From positions 18,836 through 82,835 of the forward strand of contig DATKSS010000007.1 of the NCBI GenBank assembly GCA_035531515.1: 64,000 nt of DNA. Direction: 5' to 3'. Position 1 is the stretch's first letter, and every line of letters starts with the position of its first letter. This document shows positions 16,848 to 25,933 of this stretch, in pieces. A program made the translations under genes and the position numbers. Origin of the DNA: Candidatus Dormiibacterota bacterium (GTDB lineage: Bacteria; Chloroflexota; Dormibacteria; Dormibacterales; Dormibacteraceae). The notes below the pieces were generated by a model. The model made no database searches. It was not told where the DNA came from and was given only the letters and a program-made list of their open reading frames with translations.

Positions 16848-17636
16848 TCAGCGGTAAACGAGATTGGCTCCAAACCGCACGAAGCCGAGACGCTCGTACA
16901 CCCGAGCCGCCGCCTCGTTGGCCGCATCAAGAAACACGAAATCACCGCCTGTTGCGAAATGCCGTGCGACGAGCTCTGAGCTCACGGTCGCGGCCACGCC
17001 GCGGCGCCTGCTCTCGATGCGGGTGACGATCCCGACGATCTCGGCCGCCCCCTTGAGCGAATGCGAGACGCCCGTGCCGGCGACGCGGCCGTCGAACAGC
17101 GCCAGCAGATACGCGCTGTTCGGCGCGGCCAGGTCCTTCTTCAGCCGGGCCACTGGAGGCACCGGACGGTTGGCCTCGCCGCCGTCTGTCCACCTGATTT
17201 CCTGGAATGCCGCCAGGTCGGACGCCGCCGACGAGCGACCCAGCTCTTTGAGCACGACACCTTCCGCGGCGAACGGCCTGAAGCCGTCGGGACGGCAGGC
17301 CATCAACGGATTTCGCTCCGTCTGCCTCATGCCTGAAGCTTCCAGCCATTTACCGGCCTGCGGCGCGACCGATTCGTTGAACTCGATTTGCAGGTCTGTC
17401 TTCCGTCTCGCGAACATCGATCGGAGGCGCCCGACCGCGGCTTGGAGGTCCGACTGCGTCACCTCGCCGTCCACCATCGTGACCCAGCTGTCGGCGCCCG
17501 GCTCGGCAGACACCACCACTTGAAAGGGGCCGACGGACAGGAGCTCCGTCCCGGCGGGCCGCGCCTCGAGGGCGTCGAGCTGCCAGGCCTTGAAGCGCAG
17601 TGTGTCTCTCGCGCGATTCGATTCCAAAGCCGCCAC
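16848..17636 (-). CDS. GNAT family N-acetyltransferase
   Basis: Acetyl-CoA motif RRRGVAATV and the C-terminal AARVYERLGF block. The track ORF extends to 17678 and would overlap the divergent methyltransferase start, so I chose the in-frame GTG at 17636. Start uncertain. Confidence 0.65.
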   Translation of the reverse strand: MAALESNRARDTLRFKAWQLDALEARPAGTELLSVGPFQVVVSAEPGADSWVTMVDGEVTQSDLQAAVGRLRSMFARRKTDLQIEFNESVAPQAGKWLEASGMRQTERNPLMACRPDGFRPFAAEGVVLKELGRSSAASDLAAFQEIRWTDGGEANRPVPPVARLKKDLAAPNSAYLLALFDGRVAGTGVSHSLKGAAEIVGIVTRIESRRRGVAATVSSELVARHFATGGDFVFLDAANEAAARVYERLGFVRFGANLVYR

Positions 17637-17659
17637 GTGAAACCGTACGCTGAGGACGC

Positions 17660-18403
17660 ATGGGAGACCCGCGCCCATCGGGCGCCAGCCCTGAGAACGC
17701 CTTTGCCACGGACCTGTTCGAAGCCCTGCCCGCGCGTTATGACCGGTTGGCCGAAACGCTGTCGTTCCACCAGAACCGAAAGTGGCGCGCAGAGCTGGTG
17801 CACCACGTCACGCGCTTCCAGCCCCAGAGCATCCTGGACGTGGCGACCGGCACCGCAGGCGTGGCGATCGCGCTCGCCCACGCGACCGATGCGCACATCG
17901 TCGGGGTCGATATCACGGAGTCCATGCTCGAACGCGGCCGTGAGCGCGTGCGCATGGCCGGGCTGGACAGCCGGATCCGCCTGCAGGTGGCGCGGGCCGA
18001 GGAGCTGCCATTCCCAGACGGCCATTTCGACGCCGTGACCTTCACGTATCTGCTGCGTTATGTCGCCGACCCCGCGGCGACCATCGCCGAGCTCGCCCGG
18101 GTGCTACGCCCCGGAGGCGGCATGGCGAGCCTGGATTTTTACGTCCCTCCAAATCCCTTCTGGCGCACGGCCTGGCGCGGCTATACGCGCCTGGTGCTCC
18201 CCGCGGGCGGCTACGCCCTCGGTGGCCGGCCGTGGGCCGATGTAGGCCGATTTCTCGGACCGAACATCGAGGAGTTCTACCGCAGGTGGCCGCTGCACCG
18301 CATCTTCGAGGCGTGGCGGACCGCCGGCATGGTCGATGACGACCACGAGGTGATGAGCGTCGGAGGCGGGCTGGTGATGTGGGGTAGAAAGCGCCATGAC
18401 TGA
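17660..18403 (+). CDS. Class I SAM-dependent methyltransferase, UbiE/MenG-like
   Basis: 247 aa. YDRLAETLSF N-terminal block, motif I ILDVATGTAGVAIALA, LRPGG. Confidence 0.8.
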   Translation: MGDPRPSGASPENAFATDLFEALPARYDRLAETLSFHQNRKWRAELVHHVTRFQPQSILDVATGTAGVAIALAHATDAHIVGVDITESMLERGRERVRMAGLDSRIRLQVARAEELPFPDGHFDAVTFTYLLRYVADPAATIAELARVLRPGGGMASLDFYVPPNPFWRTAWRGYTRLVLPAGGYALGGRPWADVGRFLGPNIEEFYRRWPLHRIFEAWRTAGMVDDDHEVMSVGGGLVMWGRKRHD

Positions 18404-19148
18404 GCCCGCGCAGCTCGAAACCCTCGGTCCGGCGTACTACGCAGCCCACGCGGCCGGGTGGCGCCGTGACGTATGGGCGCTGCTGCACCCGCCCTACACC
18501 GCGTGGCACCTCTCGTACGTGCTGATCGGCGCGAGCCTGGCTCCGCACGTGAGCCTCCCCAGGCTGGCGGCGACGCTGCTCGCATTCTTCCTTGCTGTAG
18601 GGATCTCGGCCCACGCCCTCGACGAGCTTCGAGGACGTCCGCTGAAGACGCAGATTCCCTCTGCGGTCTTGTGGACTGTGGCATCCGTCGGACTGGCCGG
18701 CGCGGTCGGCCTGGGGATCGCCGGCGTGCCCGTGGTCGGCATCGGCCTCGTGCCGTTTATCGCGGCAGGAGTGCTGTTCGTTCTGGCGTACAACCTGGAG
18801 CTGTTGGGGGGCAGGTTGCACGGTGACTTCTGGTTCGCGCTGTCGTGGGGCGCATTCCCCGTGCTGACCTCGTTTCTCGCGCAGACCGGACGGGTGTCGG
18901 TGCCGGCAGTCGCCGTCGCGGCAGGCGCTTACGCCCTTTCGTACGGGCAGCGCCTGCTCAGCACACCCGCCCGGACACTGCGCCGCAGCACGAGATCGGT
19001 GAGGGGGACGATGACCATGACCGACGGGTCGCAATCCGAGGTCGATGCGAAAGCGATGCTGGTCCCGCTCGAGGGCGCGTTGCGCGCATTCTCCTGGGCT
19101 CTCGTGCTCCTTTCCTTAGGACTCTTGCTCTCCCGCGTTGCCGCGTAG
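18396..19148 (+). CDS. Polytopic membrane protein, unknown function
   Basis: 250 aa with about 7 hydrophobic helices. The start overlaps the methyltransferase stop by 8 nt. Only a single HALDELRGRP acidic block, with no clear UbiA NDxxD motifs. Confidence 0.65.
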   Translation: MTEPAQLETLGPAYYAAHAAGWRRDVWALLHPPYTAWHLSYVLIGASLAPHVSLPRLAATLLAFFLAVGISAHALDELRGRPLKTQIPSAVLWTVASVGLAGAVGLGIAGVPVVGIGLVPFIAAGVLFVLAYNLELLGGRLHGDFWFALSWGAFPVLTSFLAQTGRVSVPAVAVAAGAYALSYGQRLLSTPARTLRRSTRSVRGTMTMTDGSQSEVDAKAMLVPLEGALRAFSWALVLLSLGLLLSRVAA

Positions 19149-19830
19149 CATGCGGCCTGTCATGGGCCAGCCGAACACGATCAAGGTCAAGCCCCTGCTT
19201 CGTGGTTGGTCGCACGCGATCGCCGCGCTGGTCGCGATCGCTGGGCTGGTCGCCCTGATCGTGATCACGCGTCACGACACGGGCAAGCTCGTCTCGATGC
19301 TCGTCTACGGGATCGGTCTCGTGCTGCTCTTCGGTGTGAGCGGGACCTACCACCTGTTCAACTGGCCCCCGCGTGTCAAAGACTGGCTTCGCCGTGCCGA
19401 CCACGCGACGATCTTTGTGTTCATCGCCGCCACGTACACGCCGCTGGCATACAACGTGCTCAACGGTTGGTGGCGCATCGGAGTGCTGGCCGCGATCTGG
19501 GTCTGCGCGATCGCGGGCGTCGCCGGCGCGGCGCCGTTTCTGCGGATCCCACGACGCCTGCTCGCCTCGCTCTACCTCGCGATGGGGTGGGTTGCGGTCG
19601 TCGCCCTGGTGCCCCTGACGGCGGCGCTGGGTTGGTTGGCGGCGGTGTTGATCGCGCTGGGTGGCCTGCAGTATTCGCTCGGAGCCGCCGCCTACGCATT
19701 CAAGCGGCCCAACCCGTGGCCGCGGGTGTTCGGCTATCACGAGCTGTTTCACCTCGCTGTGATCACCGCGAGCGTGACCTTTTATGTGATCGTCGTGCGG
19801 TACGCCGTCCCATATCACCGCCTGGGCTAG
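19138..19830 (+). CDS. Hemolysin III / PAQR family membrane protein
   Basis: 230 aa. LRGWSHAIAA, DHATIFVFIAATYTP and YHELFHL blocks. Confidence 0.85.
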   Translation: MPRSMRPVMGQPNTIKVKPLLRGWSHAIAALVAIAGLVALIVITRHDTGKLVSMLVYGIGLVLLFGVSGTYHLFNWPPRVKDWLRRADHATIFVFIAATYTPLAYNVLNGWWRIGVLAAIWVCAIAGVAGAAPFLRIPRRLLASLYLAMGWVAVVALVPLTAALGWLAAVLIALGGLQYSLGAAAYAFKRPNPWPRVFGYHELFHLAVITASVTFYVIVVRYAVPYHRLG

Positions 19831-19877
19831 CGATCGGATTCCCCGCCCAACTTCCCCACAAGGTCGGGAATTGCGTG

Positions 19878-21401
19878 CTAGACCGGCGGGACTCCGTGCT
19901 TGCGGTCGGCGCGCGGCGAGACTCGGGTCGAGTAGGCCTTGAAGCGCGCGATGAGCGCCGCGCGAAGGTCGTCAGGCTCGACGACGTCGTCGACGATCAG
20001 GTTGGCGGCGAGCTTGTACAGGTCGACGTCCTCCCGATACTCGTCCTCGAGCTCCTTGCGGCGTGCCGCCCGCTCGGCCTCCGGCAGCTCGGCCAGCTTG
20101 TTGTAGAAGACCGCGTTCACCGCCGGCTCGGGCCCCATCACGGCGATCTGCGCGGACGGTAGCGCGATCACGCAGTCCGGGTCGAACGCCGGTCCCGCCA
20201 TCGCGTACAGGCCCGCGCCGTATGCCTTGCGCACGATGACCGAGATCTTCGGCACGGTGGCCTCCGAGACGGCGCTGATCATCTTGGCGCCGTGCCGGAT
20301 GATGCCGCGCTTTTCGACGTCGGTCCCGATCATGAACCCCGGGACGTCGGCCAGAAACAGCAGCGGGATCTCGAACGCATCGCACAGCGAGATGAAGCGC
20401 GCCGCCTTGTCCGCCGAGTCGTTGAAGAGCACCCCGCCCTTCTGCATCGGCTGGTTGGCCAGGATCCCGATCGCGTACCCATCAAGTCGTGCGAGGCCCG
20501 TGAGCAGCTCCTTGGCGAACAGCTGCTTGAGCTCGAGCCAGCTTCCCTCATCGACGATCGCATCGATGATCTTGCGCATGTCGTATCCGCGATTTGCCTC
20601 GACAGGGATGAGGTCGCCGAGCTTCTTCGATCCTGCGCGCGCCGGCCTGGGCGCGGCCGCGGCCGGCTTCTCGCCAGAGCGCTGCGGCATGAACCGGAAG
20701 TAGTTCCTGGCAAAGTCGATCGCGGCCTGTTCGTCGGGCACGAGCACGTCGCCGCAACCGCTTTCGGTGCAGTGCATGCGGGCGCCGCCCAGCTCCTCCA
20801 GGCTGACCTTCTCGCCGACCACGACCTCGACCATGCGGGGAGACCCAAGGTACATCGAGGCGTTGCCCTCGACCATGACGACGATGTCGCAGAACGCCGG
20901 AATGTACGCGCCACCCGCGGCCGACGGCCCGAACAGGAGGCAGATTTGCGGCACGACCCCGGAGAGCTGGACCTCGTTGAAGAAGATGCGCCCGGCATGC
21001 CGGCGGCCGGGGAACATGTCGATCTGGTCGGTGATGCGCGCGCCCGCGGAGTCGACCAGGTAGAAGAGCGGGACACGAATTCTCATCGCCGTTTCCTGGA
21101 TGCGCACGATCTTCTCCACGGTGCGCGCGCCCCAGCTCCCCGCCTTGACCGTCGGGTCGTTGGCCATCACCGCAACCTGGCGACCTTCGATCGTGCCGAG
21201 CCCGGTCACGACTCCATCCGCCGGCAGCTCATCTGCGAGCACGTTGGCGAACAGGCCGTCCTCGACGAAAGAGCCGGCGTCGAGAAGGAGGCCGAGCCTT
21301 TCGCGCGCGGTCAGCTTGTGCTGCTCGCGTAGCTTGGGGAGGTACCGCGTCCCGCCTTTGAGAGCCTTCTCGCGCAGCTCGCGATGTCGCGGAACGCTCA
21401 T
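19878..21401 (-). CDS. Acyl-CoA carboxylase carboxyltransferase (beta) subunit
   Basis: 507 aa with two crotonase-like CT domains. Typical blocks are GGARIQEG-like (SAGARITDQ), PQICLLFGPSAGGGAY and GAGLYAM. Confidence 0.9.
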   Translation of the reverse strand: MSVPRHRELREKALKGGTRYLPKLREQHKLTARERLGLLLDAGSFVEDGLFANVLADELPADGVVTGLGTIEGRQVAVMANDPTVKAGSWGARTVEKIVRIQETAMRIRVPLFYLVDSAGARITDQIDMFPGRRHAGRIFFNEVQLSGVVPQICLLFGPSAAGGAYIPAFCDIVVMVEGNASMYLGSPRMVEVVVGEKVSLEELGGARMHCTESGCGDVLVPDEQAAIDFARNYFRFMPQRSGEKPAAAAPRPARAGSKKLGDLIPVEANRGYDMRKIIDAIVDEGSWLELKQLFAKELLTGLARLDGYAIGILANQPMQKGGVLFNDSADKAARFISLCDAFEIPLLFLADVPGFMIGTDVEKRGIIRHGAKMISAVSEATVPKISVIVRKAYGAGLYAMAGPAFDPDCVIALPSAQIAVMGPEPAVNAVFYNKLAELPEAERAARRKELEDEYREDVDLYKLAANLIVDDVVEPDDLRAALIARFKAYSTRVSPRADRKHGVPPV

Positions 21402-22192
21402 CTTCCCTTGAAGTCCGGCGGGCGCTTTTCCAGGAATGCCTTGATCCCTTCTTTGGCGTCGTCCGAAAGTGTCACCAGCGTGAACTGGCTCTGCAGGTAG
21501 TCGAGCGCTGCATGGAACTCCATATCCTGCTGCCGGTAGAAAGAGTCACGACCCAGTCGCATCGCCACCGGCGACTTGACCGCCAGGCGTTCGGTGATCT
21601 CGCCGACCGCTGCGTCGAGCTGGTCGTGAGGCACGACCCGGTTGACGACTCCGAGGGCCTGCATCTGCGTGGCGGTCCAGCGATCTCCGAGCATCTCCAT
21701 CTCGAGCAGCACCTTGCGCGGAATGTTGCGCGAGAGGATGGCCTGGATCATCATCGGCCAGATCCCGACATTGATCTCGGGCGTGCCGAACGTGGCCGTG
21801 TCGGTGGACACCAGGATGTCGCATGAGCAGGCGAGACCGAGCCCGCCGGCCAGCGCGTGGCCGTTGATCCGCCCGACGATCGGCTTGCCAAGCTCAGCCA
21901 TGACGGTGAACAGCTCGACGAAGAGATCACGGGTTCGGTGCCGTTCGAGGTCCGTCATCTCGGCATCGAAGCTCCCGAGGTCGGCGCCCGCGCAGAAGGC
22001 GCGATCCCCGGCGCCCGTCAGCACGACAACCCGCACCTCCGCCTCTCCCTTGGCCCACCGAAACGCCGCGACCAGGTCGCGCAGCATGGTGCCGGACAGC
22101 GGATTTCGCTGGTCGGGCCGGTCGAGGGTGATGGTCGCCGCGTGGCCAACAGCCTCGAGGCGGACCTCTTCGAGTGCAGGTTTAATGCTCAC
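21398..22192 (-). CDS. Enoyl-CoA hydratase/isomerase (crotonase family)
   Basis: 264 aa. VVVLTGAGDRAFCAGADL and GHALAGGLGLACSCD oxyanion-hole motifs. Its stop overlaps the carboxyltransferase start (4 nt). Confidence 0.9.
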   Translation of the reverse strand: MSIKPALEEVRLEAVGHAATITLDRPDQRNPLSGTMLRDLVAAFRWAKGEAEVRVVVLTGAGDRAFCAGADLGSFDAEMTDLERHRTRDLFVELFTVMAELGKPIVGRINGHALAGGLGLACSCDILVSTDTATFGTPEINVGIWPMMIQAILSRNIPRKVLLEMEMLGDRWTATQMQALGVVNRVVPHDQLDAAVGEITERLAVKSPVAMRLGRDSFYRQQDMEFHAALDYLQSQFTLVTLSDDAKEGIKAFLEKRPPDFKGR

Positions 22193-22213
22193 GCTGGTAA
22201 TCGTAGGTCGCTT

Positions 22214-22771
22214 TTAATGGAGGATCCCGGCCGCGATCGCGATGCCGACCAGGATGAGGACGCCACCTCCGATCTCCTCGCTCCAGGCCTCGACATGCCT
22301 GCCGAGCCGGTGGCCGAGCTCGAGCCCGACCAGCGACATTGCCACGCTGACGACGCCCATGGTCGCTGCCGCGAGCACGATCTGGATGTGGTGCACGGCC
22401 AGCGCGAAACCAACCGCCAGGTTGTCGATGCTCAGAGCCAGGGCCGTGAGGATCAGCTGGTGCGTCTTGATCCCGGGTGCGCGTGGTTCCTCGCTTTCGA
22501 CCCGGCGGCCCTGCCAGATCGTGTACGCGCCGGTGAGGACCAGGACGGCACCCGCGACGTACGCGGCGAGGTTGTGCCCGATGAAGCCCGCGACCGCCTC
22601 GCCCACCAGCAGCCCGACCAACGGCATCAGCGCCTCGAACAGTCCAAACGCGATGCCAACCCGGATGCGCGTGCGCGTGTCGATGCCGGACAGCCCGATC
22701 CCGATCGAGCCCGCAAAGTTGCTCAGCCCGACCGAGACGCTGACGAGAAGCAGGCTCGCGATTGCTGGCAT
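22214..22771 (-). CDS. mntP: Manganese efflux pump MntP family
   Basis: 185 aa with duplicated DUF204-type halves (SVGLSNFAGSIGIGLSG... and ALSIDNLAVGFALA). Confidence 0.85.
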   Translation of the reverse strand: MPAIASLLLVSVSVGLSNFAGSIGIGLSGIDTRTRIRVGIAFGLFEALMPLVGLLVGEAVAGFIGHNLAAYVAGAVLVLTGAYTIWQGRRVESEEPRAPGIKTHQLILTALALSIDNLAVGFALAVHHIQIVLAAATMGVVSVAMSLVGLELGHRLGRHVEAWSEEIGGGVLILVGIAIAAGILH

Positions 22772-22968
22772 CCGGCTAACTATATGTAGGCGAAGAAATG
22801 TTGCTTGGCCGGCGATTGGGAGGTCGATTTGCTGGCAGCCCTTAACAAAAATACATTGCCGGCTTGCTTAACACCCCTCAGAATGGCACCGAATCTGCAA
22901 CCGCTTCTGTAACCCAAGGTTAGGCCCGCAATCGCTCAAACGATATACTCCGCCCGCCCCACAAAGAA

Positions 22969-23334
22969 ATGAAGGTCAAGCAGCGCGACCCGGTCGCGCC
23001 CGCCGCCGTGGCTTCACACGATCCTGGCATCGATCTCGACAAGCCCATCTTCACGCTCAGTGTGGCTTCCGAGATCCTCGAGGTGCATCCCCGCACCTTG
23101 ATGATGTACGAGCACCTGAGCATGATCAGCCCCAGGCGCACGGTGACCAATCGCCGTCGCTATTCACGCCGCGACGTGATGAAGCTCCAGGCCATCCAGT
23201 CGCTGACCCGCGAGCACCACGTCAACCTGGCCGGCGTCCGCTACATCCTCGCGTTGCTCAAGCGTTTGCACGACGCCGGGGTCGAGCCTCCGGCGGACCT
23301 CAAGAACCTGGATGTGTCCCAGCTCGACGTCTAA
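22969..23334 (+). CDS. MerR family regulator, HspR-like
   Basis: 121 aa. FTLSVASEILEVHPRTLMMYE...RRYSRRDV is the MerR HTH, followed by a short coiled-coil. Confidence 0.85.
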   Translation: MKVKQRDPVAPAAVASHDPGIDLDKPIFTLSVASEILEVHPRTLMMYEHLSMISPRRTVTNRRRYSRRDVMKLQAIQSLTREHHVNLAGVRYILALLKRLHDAGVEPPADLKNLDVSQLDV

Positions 23335-23368
23335 GCAACCACTCGGATTCAGGAAGGCGAAGAGGTAA

Positions 23369-23563
23369 ATGTCAAAGAAAAGACGGCGTCTAGAGATCAA
23401 GGTCGACCCGCTTCCCGCCCCGTATCAGCTCGAGACCGCCTCGTGCCCCGTATGCGGTCGCGACGCGGCGGCGATCGGCAGGAGGCACCTGCAGATCGTG
23501 TTCCGGTGCGAGGGCTGCAAGGTCGTCTTCAAGCGCAACCGGAGCTGGCCGTACATCTACTGA
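23369..23563 (+). CDS. Small zinc-ribbon protein
   Basis: 64 aa. CPVC-N20-CEGC. It sits between the MerR gene and the metalloprotease with 30-35 nt spacers. Confidence 0.5.
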   Translation: MSKKRRRLEIKVDPLPAPYQLETASCPVCGRDAAAIGRRHLQIVFRCEGCKVVFKRNRSWPYIY

Positions 23564-23593
23564 GCGCCTGATCGCTCTCGTAGGGTAGGGGGC

Positions 23594-24676
23594 ATGAGGC
23601 GGACGGTAGGCCGGGCGGCGATCTACGGCGTCCTGATGGGCGTCGCCACGGCCGCCGTGGTCGAGGCGGTTCGGCCGCGCGGAGGCACGGCGGTGCTCGT
23701 GGATTGGGACGAGGTGCGCCGCACTGCACGGGCGCGCCTGGACCCGCCGGCGCTGGACCAGGCCGCCCTCGATTCGGCCCAGAAAGCCTACCGAGCGCTT
23801 GCCCGCCAGCTCGAGAAGCCGCTGCTTGGCTTCGTGGGGGGCCTGCCTTCGGGCGCTGCAATGCCCAGGTTTGAAGCACTCGACCGCGATGGGTGGCTCG
23901 ACCTGAACCTTGCCATCCTGCGCCGAGCGATCGACCCGGTGCTTGAGGCGGGCCGCGTGCCCAACTCGCTGATCGTCGAGGTCGGGCGCGCGGGCGTCGA
24001 CCGGTACGTCGGCTACATGCTCGCTTTCCTCGGACAGCGCGTGCTGGGCCAGTACGACCCGCAGCTGATGAGCACGGAGCCGATCGGCGGCGAGGGCCTG
24101 TACCTGGTGGAGACCAACGTCGAGGAGTGGGGGAGACGGGCCGGCCTGCCGGCGGAAGACCTGCGGCGCTGGCTCATCCTCCACGAGATGACCCATGCAT
24201 GGCAGTTTGCCGCCCATCCGTGGCTGCGTCCCCACATGGAGGAATCGATGCGGACGCTGCTCGAGTCGACGACTCGTAAAGCGGCGCCCATGGCGCGAGT
24301 CGCTGCGTTGGCGGGCGTCCTGCCGGCCCAATGGAGGGTGATGCGCCAGGTCCAGGGCACGATGTCCGTGATCGAGGGCTACAGCAACCTTGTGATGAAC
24401 GAGCTGGGCGGAAAGCTCCTGCCCGGATTCCAGGAGCTCGAGCGGGCGTACCGCGAGCGGAGCTCGGGCAAGAGCCCGCTCGAGGTGCTCGTCTGGAAGC
24501 TCACCGGCCTGGATCTGAAGCTGCAGCAGTACCGCCGTGGCGAAGCCTTCTGCCGAGCCGTGTTCGACGAGCACGGGATCAAGGTTCTCAACCGCGTCTG
24601 GGACGGCCCCCAGGCCATGCCGACGCTCGACGAGCTCGGCGACCCGGCCTCCTGGTACCGGAGGGTCGGGCCCTGA
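23594..24676 (+). CDS. Zinc-dependent metalloprotease (DUF2342-like)
   Basis: 360 aa with the HExxH motif ILHEMTHAWQF. Confidence 0.75.
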   Translation: MRRTVGRAAIYGVLMGVATAAVVEAVRPRGGTAVLVDWDEVRRTARARLDPPALDQAALDSAQKAYRALARQLEKPLLGFVGGLPSGAAMPRFEALDRDGWLDLNLAILRRAIDPVLEAGRVPNSLIVEVGRAGVDRYVGYMLAFLGQRVLGQYDPQLMSTEPIGGEGLYLVETNVEEWGRRAGLPAEDLRRWLILHEMTHAWQFAAHPWLRPHMEESMRTLLESTTRKAAPMARVAALAGVLPAQWRVMRQVQGTMSVIEGYSNLVMNELGGKLLPGFQELERAYRERSSGKSPLEVLVWKLTGLDLKLQQYRRGEAFCRAVFDEHGIKVLNRVWDGPQAMPTLDELGDPASWYRRVGP

Positions 24677-24691
24677 GGCCGACTCGTCCGC

Positions 24692-25141
24692 TCAGTCGCG
24701 GAGCTCCTCCTGGGCCGTGTCCTCGCTGATCGGCATCACCGCGACCGGGAGGTCGCCGATGTCGAAGTACCGGACGGGCTTGTTCATGCGCTTGGCGATG
24801 CCCACCTGCACCTTCACGCCGAGGGACAGCTGTCCGAACACCCAGACCTCGTCGCACTTGGCCAGGAGGTTGTTCATCGCCTCGCGCACTACCTCCTTCG
24901 AGACGGTGTGCATGAGGTAGTAGTCGAAAAGCATGAACGGGCTGACCGGGACCATCCCGGAGTCCAGCACGAACTTCTGGATGTGGGCCCGCCAGTAGAA
25001 GACCTTGTTGGACATCGCGACGTAGACCAGCCGTTTGGGATGACGCAGCGTCTCCTCGGCCTGGTCGCGGGCGCTGGGCTTGGTGGTGGGTTGGAAGATC
25101 CGCTCCAGGATGTCCTCAGCGGCCTTTCCCTCGATCGCCAT
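24692..25141 (-). CDS. Hypothetical protein, weak nucleoside 2-deoxyribosyltransferase-like pattern
   Basis: 149 aa. The pattern LVYVAMS...DEVWVFGQ...GVKVQVGIAKRMNKPV resembles the Rossmann-like NDT/DUF4406 layout. The usual Glu is replaced by Gln. Confidence 0.55.
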   Translation of the reverse strand: MAIEGKAAEDILERIFQPTTKPSARDQAEETLRHPKRLVYVAMSNKVFYWRAHIQKFVLDSGMVPVSPFMLFDYYLMHTVSKEVVREAMNNLLAKCDEVWVFGQLSLGVKVQVGIAKRMNKPVRYFDIGDLPVAVMPISEDTAQEELRD

Positions 25142-25162
25142 CGGGCGGCTATCGTATCAGCC

Positions 25163-25933
25163 GTGCGCGCGACTTCCCGCTTCGACCTGTCCGGACGGGT
25201 CGCGCTGGTCACCGGCGCCAGCCGCGGGATCGGAAGCGCGATCGGCCACGCTCTGGCCGAGCAGGGCGCGCAGGTGGTGCTGTCCAGCCGCAAGCAGTCC
25301 GACCTTGAGGAAGAGGCTGCCCGGATCAACGCCGAGCACCCGCAGGCGGCGACGGCGATCGCGGCCCACGCGGGCCGTCCGGATGACCTGGAGCGGCTCG
25401 TCGCCGAGGTCATGAAACGATTCTCGAGGGTCGACATCCTGGTCAACAACGCCGCCACCAACCCGTATTTCGGCCCCGTGATGGGCGCCGAGCTCGGCGC
25501 GTGGGACAAGACCTTCGAGGTCAACCTGAGAGGCATGTTCATTCTGACCAAGCTCGTGTACGAGGCCTCGATGGAGACCCACGGCGGCTCGGTGGTCAAC
25601 GTGGCGAGCGTAGGCGGTCTGCGCCCGGGCCTGGGCCTCGGCGTCTACAACATCACCAAGGCGGGCGTCATCATGTTCACGAAGCAGCTGGCCAAGGAGA
25701 TCGGCGGCAGGGTCCGGGTCAATGCGGTGGCGCCTGGATTGATCAAAACCCGCTTCGCGGAGGCGCTTTGGGGCAACGAGGCCATCCTCGACAGGGTGCT
25801 CACGGCCAACCCTATGGGCCGGATCGGGGTTCCCGAAGAGGTCGCGAACGCGGTCGTCTTTCTCGCCTCGGACGCAGCGAGCTACATCAATGGGGAAGTG
25901 ATTGTGATCGATGGGGGCGGGGGCGAGATCTAG
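25163..25933 (+). CDS. SDR family oxidoreductase
   Basis: In-frame GTG at 25163, after the upstream antisense part of ORF 24908..25933. VTGASRGIGSAI, NNAA, YNITKAG. Confidence 0.85.
   Translation: MRATSRFDLSGRVALVTGASRGIGSAIGHALAEQGAQVVLSSRKQSDLEEEAARINAEHPQAATAIAAHAGRPDDLERLVAEVMKRFSRVDILVNNAATNPYFGPVMGAELGAWDKTFEVNLRGMFILTKLVYEASMETHGGSVVNVASVGGLRPGLGLGVYNITKAGVIMFTKQLAKEIGGRVRVNAVAPGLIKTRFAEALWGNEAILDRVLTANPMGRIGVPEEVANAVVFLASDAASYINGEVIVIDGGGGEI

Noticed and set aside
22772-22968. Possible yybP-ykoY manganese riboswitch in the 198-nt leader upstream of mntP.
   Set aside because: The context is right (mntP, long lower-G+C leader). On the mRNA strand I find only GAGGGGUGUUAAGC and CAGCAAAUCGACCUCCC, which loosely resemble the conserved GGGGAGUAGC and AGCAAGACC blocks. 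The candidate is also about 30 nt too short. This is not supportable without a covariance-model scan. I also found no convincing HspR HAIR (CTTGAGT-N7-ACTCAAG) for the divergent MerR gene, only a CTCAAA half site.
25887-25933. 47-nt convergent overlap between the SDR gene and the epimerase/dehydratase gene, as a possible frameshift or misassembly.
   Set aside because: Both frames are intact with plausible termini. The epimerase tail is a low-complexity extension that may simply be a late stop. Nothing in the sequence indicates disruption.
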